A stretch of 64,000 bases of DNA from the human T2T-CHM13v2.0 reference genome, Homo sapiens, in the NCBI RefSeq assembly GCF_009914755.1, contig NC_060932.1, one strand, 5' to 3'. Under the pieces are notes generated by a model. That model had not been told where the DNA came from. It ran no database searches and worked only from the letters and a program-made list of their open reading frames with translations. The translations under genes and the position numbers were made by a program. Shown here in pieces: positions 1 through 16,870 of the stretch. Position 1 is the stretch's first letter. Each line of letters opens with the position of its first letter.

Positions 1-760
1 GAGTGCTAATACTGTGGTCCCTGTCCCGTGTCTGATAAGGCCCTCCGTGTGCAGCAGTTGTTTTCTGTTAAGGAGTTACACATGAAATAAGAGAAAGAAG
101 TAGTCTGATGAATGCCATTTTCCATTTTGGACGTACAGACGGTCACTCAAATTCGCACTTCAATTTTCCTGGGTGGAAATGGCAAAGAGTGACAGGTCCA
201 TTATCAATCTACTAAAAAACTGACCTGGTGATCATGGGAGTCTTTCATGATGAATTTGATTCTATAGTCTCTTAGAATTAAGATGAATTTGTTTTTGTAA
301 AATCCCAGAATATAATTAATAAAAATGGTAAGTGTCTTCTCATTCCCCTTCATAAGTATGATGCCAGGAAACGACATTTGCAATCTCATGCTGGGGAAAG
401 ACACTGTCATGGGAGAGGGAGAACACTGGGCAGGAACAGAATGGGGAGGAGGAGGGAGGGCAATGGTGCTAGTAAAATTCCCCTGCATGGGAATAATGTA
501 CTTGGCACAGCCTGGCGTTCTCATAATAAAAAGAATAACTATCATTCTCCTTTCCCCATGAGGCAAAACAGATGCTGTCTCTATGACGAAGTGCTCACTC
601 TTCAGTGGAACAGCCATTTCCACAGCCAAATGTCTCAACAGCAAACTGGAATTCCTAAGCCAGGTTCCCCATTCTGTGCGGCACACCCCTGAAGCAGGTG
701 GAGACTGTGTTCACCTCACAGTGGCAGCTGGAATATGAGCGTGCTCGGGGGTGGCAGTTG

Positions 761-1437
761 CAGAGGGAGGGAGGAAGGGAGAGAAAGGAGGAGACTGAGG
801 GAGAGAAAGAGAGAAAGACACAGAGAGAAGGAGAGAGAGAGAGGGAGAGACAGCAGGAGAGAGAGGGCGGCCAGAGAAGCAAGCACTGTCACATGCACAC
901 ACACACACACACACACACACATGCAGAGAGAGAAAGGGAGGGAGAGACAGAGGGGCAGGGAGAGAGGGAGAGACAGTGGAGGGGTGGGACAGAGAAGCAC
1001 ACACACACACAGAGGCAGAGAGAGGGAGAGAGATAGAAAGAGAGAGGCAGACACAGAGGCAGAGAGAGAGGGAGAGACAGTGCAGCGGGGAGCAGAGAAG
1101 CACAAACAGACACACAGAGGCAGAGATAGAAAGGCAGACAGAAGGAGAGGAAAAGACAAGGGAGGAGAGAGAGAGGGAGAGGCAGAGGGAGAGAGAGGCA
1201 GAGATGGGAGAAAGAGACAGAGAGGCAGAGGAGGAGAGAGAGAGAGAGAGGGAGAAAGCGGGGAGAGGCAGGGAGAGAGGGAGAGAGAGAGGGAAGAGAG
1301 GAGACAAAGGCAGACAGAGAGAGGCAGAGAGAGAGGGAGAGACAGTGGCGGGGCAGAGAAGCACCAACATACACAGAGGCAGAGAGAGATGGGGGTAGGG
1401 TGGGGGAGAGTGGTGGAGAGTCAGGGAGAGAGAGAGA
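761..1437 (+). repeat. GA-rich low-complexity tract with (CA)n and a degenerate repeated unit
   Basis: Strongly purine-rich + strand (GAGA/GGAGA), with (CA)n at ~896-920. The unit GAGACAGTG..GGG.CAGAGAAGCAC(AC)nAGAGGCAGAGA recurs near 970, 1073 and 1337. Confidence 0.95.
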
Positions 1438-2699
1438 TTGGTCTCCCCATCTTGCCCTCACTGACCTCCTGCCAGGGTGCATGGGACAGGCAAGGGAGCC
1501 ACCACAGTGAGAGTAGAGAGCTCTCCTAATGTTCTCAATTGAGAACAAAAAAGAGGTCCTGTGATTGTGGAAGGATGACTTGGATACAAGGAAGGACGTG
1601 TCATTCCTCGCAGCCACCTCTGCAGAGGTCCCAGGGCTGTGTGCGATCTGGGCACTTACCTGCCTGCCAGACACATTGAAGCCTGCGATGGACATGCAGG
1701 GGAGAGGGAAAGGGGCTCCAACCTGGGGAGCCCACATGCTAGTCAGGGAGGGGGTGACATCGAATTGTGCTCTCGAGCTCACAAAGCCCTTTGTTGAGCT
1801 CCATTGCATTTGTTCTTCACCTGCACCCTGCATTATGTTGCCAGGGTTTTAGCGTCAACTAGCTTACCCAGTTACCCGACTTGGAAGTGGCAGAGATGGA
1901 CTCAACTGAAGCCTGCTAACTCTCATTTTAGCCCCTTTCTACCACATGCTGCCTTTTATAACATAGACCCCAGCATGCCTGGGTGGAGATCTGCTGGAGT
2001 TTATGAGCCTGGGTACCCTGGGAAAAGATGTGGATGGGATTGAGTGAATGGAGGTGCAAGTAGTTTCTCTCTCTGGGCAGCAGCCACTGCTTGGACACCA
2101 CAAACACTTCCCTGCAGCTGAGCACCAGGTTGATTAGAGCATAACATTTCCGGGGAAAATGGGAAAACTTGCAAAATGCAGTTTGTTTTTTCCAGAGGTC
2201 CATGAGAATGTTTGTCCAGTTCATTCTTTTTGGGCCTTTATGCACAAGCAGAGGCAAATCTGAAGTGATGCTTGCAGCAAGGCCTTCTCTACAATGGAGA
2301 GGAGGCGCATCAACTCCCTTTCCCCTCCCCTTGCTTTCTGAGGCCCCTGTTTCATTTGTCATGAAGGTGGAATCGAGGCACTCAGACGTAGGTAGGGCAC
2401 AAAAAAGCTGCTAAAAAAGCTAACATCCACGTGATGATGACCCCTTCGTTCTCCATGGCAATGTAAGTGCTTCCAGTGATTCTATGTGTTATGAGCATTT
2501 TTCATCTTAAAGGAGATTTCCATCTACCTTTCCTGGTCCATTTCTTTTTCCAAGGAGAACACATATCAGAAAAATAAAAGGAAATCAAACAGCACAAGTA
2601 TTTAACCCGAGTCTGGCTGCTCCTGGCCAGTCCAATCCACATTTTAAAGGACAGAGGCGAGGGGCCAAATCTCCCCTGGATAAGCGCCTCTGCTAGAGT

Positions 2700-2870
2700 C
2701 ACAGACTGGCTCGGTGATCTTAGCACTTAAACTTTCAATAACCCAGTTTCCACATCTGTACAATGTGGACAGAAATATATCTATCCTGTGGGATGGTAGG
2801 GAGGATTAAACCAAACAGTGCACATCCCAGGTGGAATGCAGTGCCAGGCACACAGTGCACACTCAGGTAT
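2700..2870 (+). mobile_element. MIR SINE fragment
   Basis: cagtttccacatctgtacaatgtgga...gaggattaaa...cagtgccaggcacacagt matches the MIR core and 3' end. Confidence 0.7.
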
Positions 2871-4514
2871 GGTTTGCTGGATCCTCAGCCGCAGCACATG
2901 TGTTCCAGACCCGTTTGCTACCACAGGTGTACTTGTGTCAACGGAAAATGGAAAGGCAGAAGCCACACGCTTGAGGCACATGAGCTCCACGAAGCTCAGA
3001 AACTTTCTCTGGGGACAGAGGGAGGTGAATCTGCTAGGTGCCCCGCCTCACGCCTCCTATCCTCACAGTAACAAATGCTTCAAATAGCATCACCTGTCAG
3101 AGTGTGTTCAGTTTCTAGATTGTCAGGCAAAACCTCACTTAAAAAGAGAAAAAGAAAAGAAAACCACCAGGAAACTTAGTTTAGATCATGTCACATGGCC
3201 AAGAATATGTCAATTCTGGAGGAAACTTGTTTGTCAGAAGGTAAGATATTCATGGCACGCCACAGAGCCGAATTTCCAGGGTGGCAATATCTTGTCCAGG
3301 GGTTTGTTCCTCTCCTAATGAAGGCTGTCACACTGCAATACTTTGGGGGATGTGCAGACTGGAGGAGCCCAGCCCTGTGCATGGCACCCTCCAACAACAA
3401 GGAGATTGCATCTTACAACTGTCAGGAAAATAGATTTGCTGCCGAGCACTTGTCTTAGTGCAGTTTATTAGACTGCATCAGTCATCTTATGCTGCTTAGT
3501 CCTCAACACAAGAGTTCAGATGAGGAAGAGCATGCGAGATGAAAACACAAAGGGAGAATACACAAAAGGTAGAGGCTTATCTTCACTGAGAAATGCTAGG
3601 TGGGGTGCCTAGGTGATGATGGAGAGCACAGAAAAGGTGCCCATCCAGTCCCTGGTGTCCTGGGGACACAACAGTGCAGGCTCTCCTTTAGAAAGTGGTT
3701 TTGCGGTGACTACCGTGTGCTGCCATTTCCATTCTTGTCCTGTAAGAGAGGCAGGAGTGCCTCAATGGGGTTGTCTCTGTGCCCGGTGGGACTCAGTGAC
3801 AGCAGCCAGCTGAGGTAGCAAATGCAACAGCTTGGCGGATCCAACTGCAAAGTCTGCCAGGCTCAGGCTTGCTTGGGCCATTGAAGGATTCTGTGTGTTT
3901 TCTCCTCTGGCCTCAGATGTGTTAAGTATTCCTCCAGCGTGCCCACCCTCTGAGGCCAGAGATAGGAGGTCATCAGGCCGTCAGCTGGCAGAGAGGAAGT
4001 CCCTTCTGACCTTGAACAGCCGGTGAACTGCTATCCACAGTCTGAGAAGTAGCCACACTCTCATGTTGCCCATGCCTTGATGAAATACCTAGCCAACTTT
4101 GAGGCCTTCCCCCATGTGCCTTTAACCCTCCTGTACCAGGTATTTTCAAGTAGCTGTTTCTTTTCTTTGGAAATTTTTCTCTTTCTCTGTCTAGACACAT
4201 TTTTCAAAGTCTAGACAGAGACCCAACTCCTCCAGGAAGCCTGTGTGGATGATGACAGTCTCTGATAGTTTTTCCTTCCTCTGATTGCTTGCATTTTCTG
4301 TACAAATTTACCACAAACTTGCCTGTCTCATGGTTACCTTAGAAATAATGTTGATCTTGTTTTACATTTTTTTTTTCCTTTCTAAAAGGCAAGCATTGTA
4401 CTTCATACTTCTTTGAATGTCTGCAGACCAGCACATAAAAGGAGCTCAATGCCGCTTTGTAAAATGGCCTTTCTGTGATTCTGGGAGAACCTGGTTTACA
4501 CTGTGGACTATCAG

Positions 4515-4516
<2 letters not shown>

Positions 4517-4552
<36 letters not shown>
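4517..4552 (+). repeat. (GT)18 microsatellite
   Basis: Perfect GT dinucleotide run. Confidence 0.98.
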
Positions 4553-4554
<2 letters not shown>

Positions 4555-5689
4555 TGATGGACGGCCATCCTGCTCCAGGCCTCAGGAAGTGGGAGTAGGC
4601 AACTGTGAGATTAGACAAACCTGGAATATTCACAGCATTGTCGCCTTTAATACATTCCAAATGCGAACTGCAGTGGCTGAGAGTGACTTGTTTCATAGGC
4701 TCCTTTCTTTCCCCTGCCAGCCCATGAGTGTTAGGAAAGGAGAGTTGCCTAATTGATCTCTGCAGCTGCAGGACCCAGCACAAAGCCCTGCCCTCAATAA
4801 GTACTCATACATTTGTAGGAAACATTGTTCTCTCCTCTCCCCATCATCCCAGGTTGGCCCATACTAATAAAGAAGAAGTCCCTCCCTTTCTGAGGTTTTA
4901 GAGAAAATTGGCTTCCCTCCTTTCCTTGCCCCGCACTCATCATCCCCAATGGAGGGGAGCACAGGATAGGATGTGAAACTGGGGGAAGGAGCTGGAACCG
5001 GATGGCTCCTATCACTGGGGTAGTCTCTTTTCCAGAACAGCCTATCCAGGGGTCATACACTTCCTTCTTCCCTATGGAGAGGTCTGCAGTGGTCTGTCTG
5101 TCAGCTGACGGGAAAGTACAATTGGAGGGAGCATGTAAATGCTCTATTATGTCCCCAGATGCAAAATGTTTCCAGTTCTGCTTCACTCACAACAAACCTG
5201 ATGTTTTCATCTCTTTCTGTATTCTTTCTGAACTCTGAGCAGGGAGAGGAGCCATCATTAACTATCACTACCACATCTCAATAAAGGGAAATATCTTGAA
5301 ATAATATATCTTGAAAAATGAATGCTGGGCCTGCCTTACCTCCGCTTCTCTGTATGTGTCACTCTTGCAGGCCAGTCTCTCACTTCACCTCCATGAGCAC
5401 GGGCTGCACTGCTGGTGTGAACCATGGCAGGACTGATGCCTCAGGATTTCAGAAAGAAGAAGAAAGCAAAAGACTTTTCTGAGCGCTTCTTTTTGTCCTG
5501 AGCTGGCCTCTACTATCTGGGAGGCCGTATATTTGCAAGAGGTCCTACATAATGGCTTTGAGGATTCGGGTGAAGGTGGTTGAGGAGAAGCCTAGTGTGA
5601 ACTCAGATAGGCAGGTCTCCTGAGGTATGGAAGGAGAGTTTATGTATTCACCATGCCTTTTCTTTTCTTCATACTTTGATGGTATGAAG

Positions 5690-6160
5690 TGTGAAGTGGG
5701 TAGCTAATTCCCAGAGATCACAGACAACTCCTCTGGGAGCTTGCCTTTCATATGCAAAGCAACCAATCCACAGCCTACTCCCACCACCTCCTCTATGGGG
5801 ATTTCACACTCTGGGCCAGCCTTCCCTTCCCTAATCACCCCAGGGCAGGGACCAGACAGCTAAGGACAGCCCCTAAGTCCTCAGAGCCTTGAAATGATTC
5901 AAACCAGCCAATCCTAAGCATGCGTATCCTGCCTTGCCTGTGTTCCCCATGGAAACCACAGTAAAGGCTCTTGCTGGTGCTTTGCTCCTCCACCCACCTC
6001 CAGACTGACCCTGACGCTTCCCTCTATGCACTGCCCCCCATGTAGTGCACCCCATCCTCTTGGGATCTGTGAGTAATGAACTGTCTTTTCAGTGGCACTT
6101 GTCTGCTGATCTGTTGGCCTTGCCAGACCTAAATGATAAAAAAGCTTATATTTTAAAACA
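5690..6160 (+). mobile_element. ERVL-type solo LTR (MER74/MER54/MER73 group)
   Basis: aaccaatcc, ccctaatcaccccagggc, agccaatcctaagc, ggaaaccacagtaaaggctcttg and the terminal ttttaaaaca are typical of this group. Left boundary approximate. Confidence 0.65.
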
Positions 6161-6199
6161 GTTTAGAATTACTGAACTCGAAAGAGAGTCATGAATAGA

Positions 6200-6400
6200 A
6201 GAATAATAATATCGCCATCTCTCATTGGAAACTCACTTTGTGCCAGTCGTTTCTGTAAGTTTATTCACTGCATTAGTTAATTCAATCTTCACATGTTCTC
6301 CTGTCCACTGATGCATTTTTCAAATCAGGAAAATGACTGGGATCAGAGGAGATAAATAACCCTTCCAAGGTGACACATCCGGGGAGCGGACGAGCAGACA
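6200..6400 (-). mobile_element. MIR SINE
   Basis: Reverse MIR motifs (tgtgccag...ttaattcaatcttcaca...aggaaaatga...ccaaggtgacaca). Confidence 0.6.
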
Positions 6401-6570
6401 CAGAAAACAGCACACATTTGCAGAAAGGAAAGGAAATGGTGGAAATGGCTGTGGGCTGGCTTCAAAGTGAAGGATTTTGTTGTTTGCGAGAATTGGAAAT
6501 CACTGCTGCCTTCATGAAGTTGCAGCAGATAAGCCATCTGGCCTTTGCACATGAAAGATCCCTGTCCCTG

Positions 6571-6888
<318 letters not shown>

Positions 6889-7920
6889 TTGTCACTGGTT
6901 TTTTAATAACTGGTGATGAAAACTGATGGGTTGGCTGGACACCCATGAAGAGTCTTCCGCTTATCAGCTGAAGACAGCGCCAAGCCTCACAAATCCCTGC
7001 CGCTCACAGGCTCCTGTTCTCATGCCCCAGGTAGCTCAGAGACCACTGGAAGTCTGAATCACATCAAACCATTGCCTGAGCCACAGTTCCTCTTGGCCTC
7101 ACAGGGCTTCTGTTGCTTAAAGGCCCCAGGGAGTGATTTGTGGAAACCATAAATCCATTTTACAGTTGAATGTCAACTGTAATGCCTTCTACTCAAAGGA
7201 AGCCAAGAACTAAATTTCAAAAAAAGTGAATGCCACAAACTCTGGCTGTTTACATTACGTCAAAACAAGTTGAAAATTCAAGTTCAGTTGCTGCCCATCT
7301 TCCTGTGTTTTTCAATTTTGCTATAAGAGATTCACAAAGGTGGTGGTGTTTCTTTTTTTCTTTTTTTCTGCTAGATTCCTTGTAACTTAAAACTGATTGA
7401 CATTGGTCTGATGAATGTGTGTGGTGTAGACAGTCCAGGGCTTCCAAGTCCATGTGGGCAAGGCACCGTATTTCAAAAGACAACCTAGAAGGGGAAGTAT
7501 TAGTGCCTCCAAATTCAGTGTGAGTTGAGCATCAAAATCACCTGGCAGGCTCTATGAACGTGACCCCAACTGATGGCCCTTTGACACTACCTGCTGGAGC
7601 CGGCTGAGTTTGCCCATCTCACTTATTAAACACTTGCTCCTTCAGAAAATCCTACTTTAGCTTTTGTTTAGCTGGGAATTTCAAAGACAGATCTTTCCTT
7701 CCAAAAAAACATATTTGAGGCCTGCAGGGTCTGGACAAGAGGATGCTTTAAATAGCTCTTACAATTTTCCCCCATTAACTGGGCCACCCCACCAAGAATG
7801 TACATCTTCAAATTCTTCCAGAGAATTCAGATGTCAGCACCAGCAGTGCACAAAGAATGAATGGTTACTGCTGGTGTGTTATGGAGGAGGAATCAGCACT
7901 CTGGGAGTCAGTGCACGGAT

Positions 7921-8223
7921 TTTCTATTTTTGTTTGTTTTTTTGTTTGTTTGTTTCCAGACGGAGTTTTGCTCTGTTGCCCAGGCTGGAGTGCAGTGGCT
8001 CAATCTCGACTCACTGCAACGTCCTCCTCCCAGGTTCAAGCAGTTCTCCCAAGTAGCTGGGATTATAGGTGCGTGCCACCACGCCCAACTAATTTTTGTA
8101 TTTTTAGTAGAGACAGAGTTTCACCATGTTGGCCAGGCTGGTCTCGAACTCCTGACCTCGTGATCCACCCTCCTTGGCCTCCCGAAGTGCTGGGATTACA
8201 GGCGTGAGCCACTGCACCCAGCT
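7921..8223 (-). mobile_element. AluS (AluSg-like)
   Basis: Full Alu with (TTTG)n tail and a small internal deletion near 8050. Confidence 0.95.
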
Positions 8224-8574
8224 GGATCCACAATTTTTGGAGTTGGCAATCATTTGGTTAAGGCATACAATTTTGCCATTTTGGTAGATTAAAAATGGTC
8301 AAATTTTAGCAGTTTCATACAGTTCGACCCATTCTACACATTTCTCCCATGTTACTGTTATCTGGAGAGAGGGTGACCCACCAACCTGGTTTGTTTAGGG
8401 CTGGTCCTCTTATGGCACTGAAATCCCACATCCAGGGAGGCCCCTCTGTCTTAGGCAGACTGGAGTGGTTGGTCACAGCTGGGAGACCAGGTTCCAGCTC
8501 CTCGGCTTGGTGTATGGGGCACCCCATTTTGCCTGCGTCCTCTGCTCCATTAAGGTGTTATTGATAAGGGCAAA

Positions 8575-8790
8575 CATAATTATAGTCACTAAGTGCCAAA
8601 CATTGTACATGACCTTATTACTCCTCAAAACAGTCCTCTGAGGCTTAGAGAAGTTAGGTGGCCTCCGCAAGATCTCACCTATATTGGGGCTGAAGCTGTC
8701 CATGACTCCCGAACCTCAGCATTCTGTTATGTGCCAGACACTCTGCTAGGCCCTGGGATTAAAATGAAGAAGACAGGCCAGGCTTTTGAC
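8575..8790 (-). mobile_element. MIR fragment followed by L2 3'-end fragment
   Basis: ctgaggcttagagaagttaggtggcc (MIR); tatgtgccagacactctgctaggccctggga (L2 3' end). Confidence 0.5.
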
Positions 8791-10293
8791 ACTGAAAATG
8801 GAAAAATGTTAAACAACTAGTCGTTGGATAACATTCCTTTGAAAATGCGGTGCCCCTTCCTGGATTTGAGGACACAGAAGTAGTTTGGTGATGCTGTGCT
8901 CCCTGTGAAGCCTCAGAGGCAGGGCATGGCTCCCAGACTGTGCAGTGTGTGGGGAGCGGTCAGGTAAGGTCAGTGCCTGACAGAACAGTCAGGAACTCCA
9001 CACCTGACTGTTCTGGTTGGACACGTGGATTAATTTTCAGGGTTTCTCCCTGTGGATTGTTGCTCTTATGAACAGCTTTTAAAAATGGGGATTATTGGTA
9101 CCTAATATTTTACTGAAAAATAAAACTTATCAGAGCACTAGACAGTTCTTTCAAAGACAGCTGTTGGCCTCCCAACTTGATCAGCTGTATTCCTCAAATG
9201 GGGGTGCTGTGGTTTCCCCAAGGAGATGAGAAACCACAGCACAAACAAAGAACATCTTGGTGGATAGCTGATTGTATTTGAAGATCTGGGGAGTTTTTCT
9301 CCATTAAAAAACAAAACAAAACAAAACAGACTCACATAAGAGGAAGGTGGGAAAAATCTTATGAATTCCTAATGTAAAACATGCAGAATTAATGATTGTG
9401 AAGTTACTTCAGCTCTACTCCTAAGCTCTCAGGTCACAGAGTTAAATTTTGAAGTGCACAGAACTGGACTTCAGTAATAAACCATGGAGTGCTAAGCTTA
9501 CACGTCGTTCAATTATCCTCTGAACTGGATTTTTTTTTCTTTTGTCATGTAGGTCACCAATAATGTGGAATCCATTTCGTGGAGACAAGCTACTTTTAGT
9601 CAAAAATTGTAAGGCACGGTGAGTACTCAAGCATATGACTATAATTTTCTGAATGGACTTTAGATACCAGGGTTTAAAAGCATTTCAAAATGTCTACATC
9701 ATAGTAGAAGCTTGGATTAAGCTATTTTATACTTCATAGTCACTGTGGTTCGGTCTCTAAAATTATGTACATTGTCATTGAATAAAATTCTTCTTAAACA
9801 ACTAGAACAGTTGGTTGATTTTAAATGACTAATTATTGTTATATTATGTGAGAGCACATAAGATATGTTCTGCTTTACAAGTAAAGTCTGGCAACGTTTC
9901 CCATGGTTTGCAATTCAAATTGGATGGCTCTGAGTCATTAAAAAGCAGGTGAGCAGCAGATATAAAACAGTTTTTTGAAAGGGGCTATTTGTTTTCCTAT
10001 ATTGGCTTTGCTTAAGAGAATTATTTAAGGCTGAGAGAGGAGTGAGGATGAAGCAGGAGTTGGGCTCAATTTTGTTCACTAATTCAGTTAGCCTAGTCAT
10101 TAGCTTAGCATTTTGAAGCTTGAGTGTTAGAATCTACAGCGTTCTCCTAAGAAAAAAGTAAAATGTGATCTCCAAGTCCAAATTAATGAAAAAGTTTCAA
10201 TGATATTGAACAGGCTACGTGGAGGAGAGCAGAGGAAATTAGCAGGCTCCTGCCTCCTCATGGCTGTCTTGGGGAGAAGGTTGAGTGAATTGA

Positions 10294-15112
<4,819 letters not shown>

Positions 15113-15854
15113 TAGGAAAGTGAAAGGTAATAGGAAATATGCACTCTTTACCCTTTCTTTGTTCTCGGGGGGCATTGTGATGTTACCTTGAGTCCTGTAT
15201 TGAGTTTTCAGTGACAATGCTATGAGGCATGTGAGTAAGCATTTAATAATGACCAAGAACTAAGTCAGATTCAAACCCAGCAATACAGAATTCTCATTTT
15301 AATTTCAAGTTATGGATATTTGTCTTTGATTTTTATGGATTTTCCCATTTTTAAACAAACAAGTTTTCAATGCTTATCTTCTCAGTAAGAGATGGGAAGG
15401 CCTATGAACATTTTAGCAACCCAAAAGATGATTCCTCAGTTTTTTCCTAAGGGGAATGTTTTATTTATAGGTAATCAAAGGAAATGTTTGTTTCCACAGG
15501 GAAGTATGGATAAAATATAAAATCTGTTTTTCAGTATCAACTAGGGTTCACTAGGCAGTATGTTGGTACAGAGATGTAAATGTGAAAAGGAAAAATGTGA
15601 AGAAGAATTATTTTTAAATATAAGTTGCCACTTCTGTAACTCCCCCACCCCAAAAAAGAGATTAGAGTTGTCCAAGATAGCTGTAAACTTGAGTTCCTAT
15701 TAATTTGCATATATATTCAGGGAATGAGATTAAATTAACAAAGGAGGAGAGAAAGCAACTCTGGACCTGGAGCACAACTGCTGTTGTGTTGATGCAGAAA
15801 ATGACTGGCTCACAGACTTTCTGCAGAAGCTGCCACAATTCTTTGAGTTGTGTT

Positions 15855-16080
15855 AAGAAAAAACTCTGGAGCTCAAGAGAGTCTGGCTTTGAATCTAGGC
15901 TTCACCATTTATGGATTATATGAATTTAAGCATATTACTTAACCTCTAGGTTCAGTTACCTTGTCTATAAAGTGGGCACCAACAAAATACCTTGAAGTTT
16001 TTAAAAAAAATAGAACTAAGTAAGTTAATATTTGTGTAACTCATGCTGCAGTTTCTGACAAAATAAAAATTCTTAAGTGT
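15855..16080 (+). mobile_element. MIR SINE
   Basis: actctggag...tttgaatct...ttacttaacctct...cagttaccttgtctataaagtggg. Confidence 0.7.
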
Positions 16081-16299
16081 TTACCTTTTTATATTACTCA
16101 ACTAACAAGTATTTACCACTAATATTTGACATGTAATTAAAATTTTCAAACATTTAATTTTTTTCCTTGTGTTAAGATAAAATTATAGTGACATTAATAA
16201 AAAGATAACAGGTAAGGATTGTCCTTTGGTTAACTTCGGTTAATTTTAAGTGGTGTTAGTTTGATATGACTTTAGCATTACTCATTATTGGTTATTCTA

Positions 16300-16870
16300 T
16301 GTATCAGTTAGGGGAGAGAAATCATCCAGAAATTTGAACAGGGAAAGATGAACATAAAGAATTATTAACTGTAACAGGAGACTGGAGTAAGGAGTGTTTG
16401 GCTAATAAGAACTAGAGGAATATTGGCATAGCAGCTGGAAGGAGCTGCCATTCCCCGAGGCACTGGCAGGACTTGCTGGAAATCCACCCTCTGGAACTCA
16501 CTGGAGATATTCCTTCTAAGGTGACAAGGGAAGCTGTTTGTGGGAATGTATTTCCCAGGAGGCACTGAGCCTTTGCACCCAGTGCCCAAGAGAGACTGTA
16601 GGAGGCAGCTGCTGGGTGCCAGGCACCCCTGGCTGCCTTGCCCTGCAGGAGCCTGGGAGTATGGGGGAGCTGTCTGCCCTGCAGGAACCTGTCTAGAGCA
16701 GGAAGCAAAACACTTGTGCAGTATCTCACCAGTGGCCTTTACTGACAAAGCTTAATATCATAACATTTAGCAAAGCGAAAATACTTTAGTGGCTCAGAAC
16801 CATTTTCACAGAGCAAGCAAAAAGGGTGAATTTGGAGCTGAGCGTGAGTAAGTGGCTAACTCTGCTAGTA
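16300..16870 (-). mobile_element. Ancient solo LTR (LTR78-like)
   Basis: Starts tgtatcagt...tttgaacagggaaag; other end cacagagcaagcaaaaagggtgaatttggagctgag, as I recall for the LTR78 group. Confidence 0.55.

Noticed and set aside
140-333. Strong donor ATG|GTAAGT at 327/328 with possible upstream acceptors
   Set aside because: All frames from the 139 acceptor are closed; no support for a coding exon.
1654-1715. Possible 23-nt minus-strand microexon (1682-1660) with pyrimidine tract and CAG|GTAAGT
   Set aside because: Isolated, frame-shifting length and no partner exons; such pairs arise by chance.
655-1833. Long ORFs (up to 314 aa) on both strands
   Set aside because: Artefacts of the stop-poor GA/CT tract; they encode low-complexity ER/SL peptides.
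7664-8207. Alu-derived ORFs (here and at ~24.5k, 25.7k, 29.7k, 35.4k, 55.3k, 57.7k, 61k, 62.8k)
   Set aside because: Standard Alu translation artefacts.
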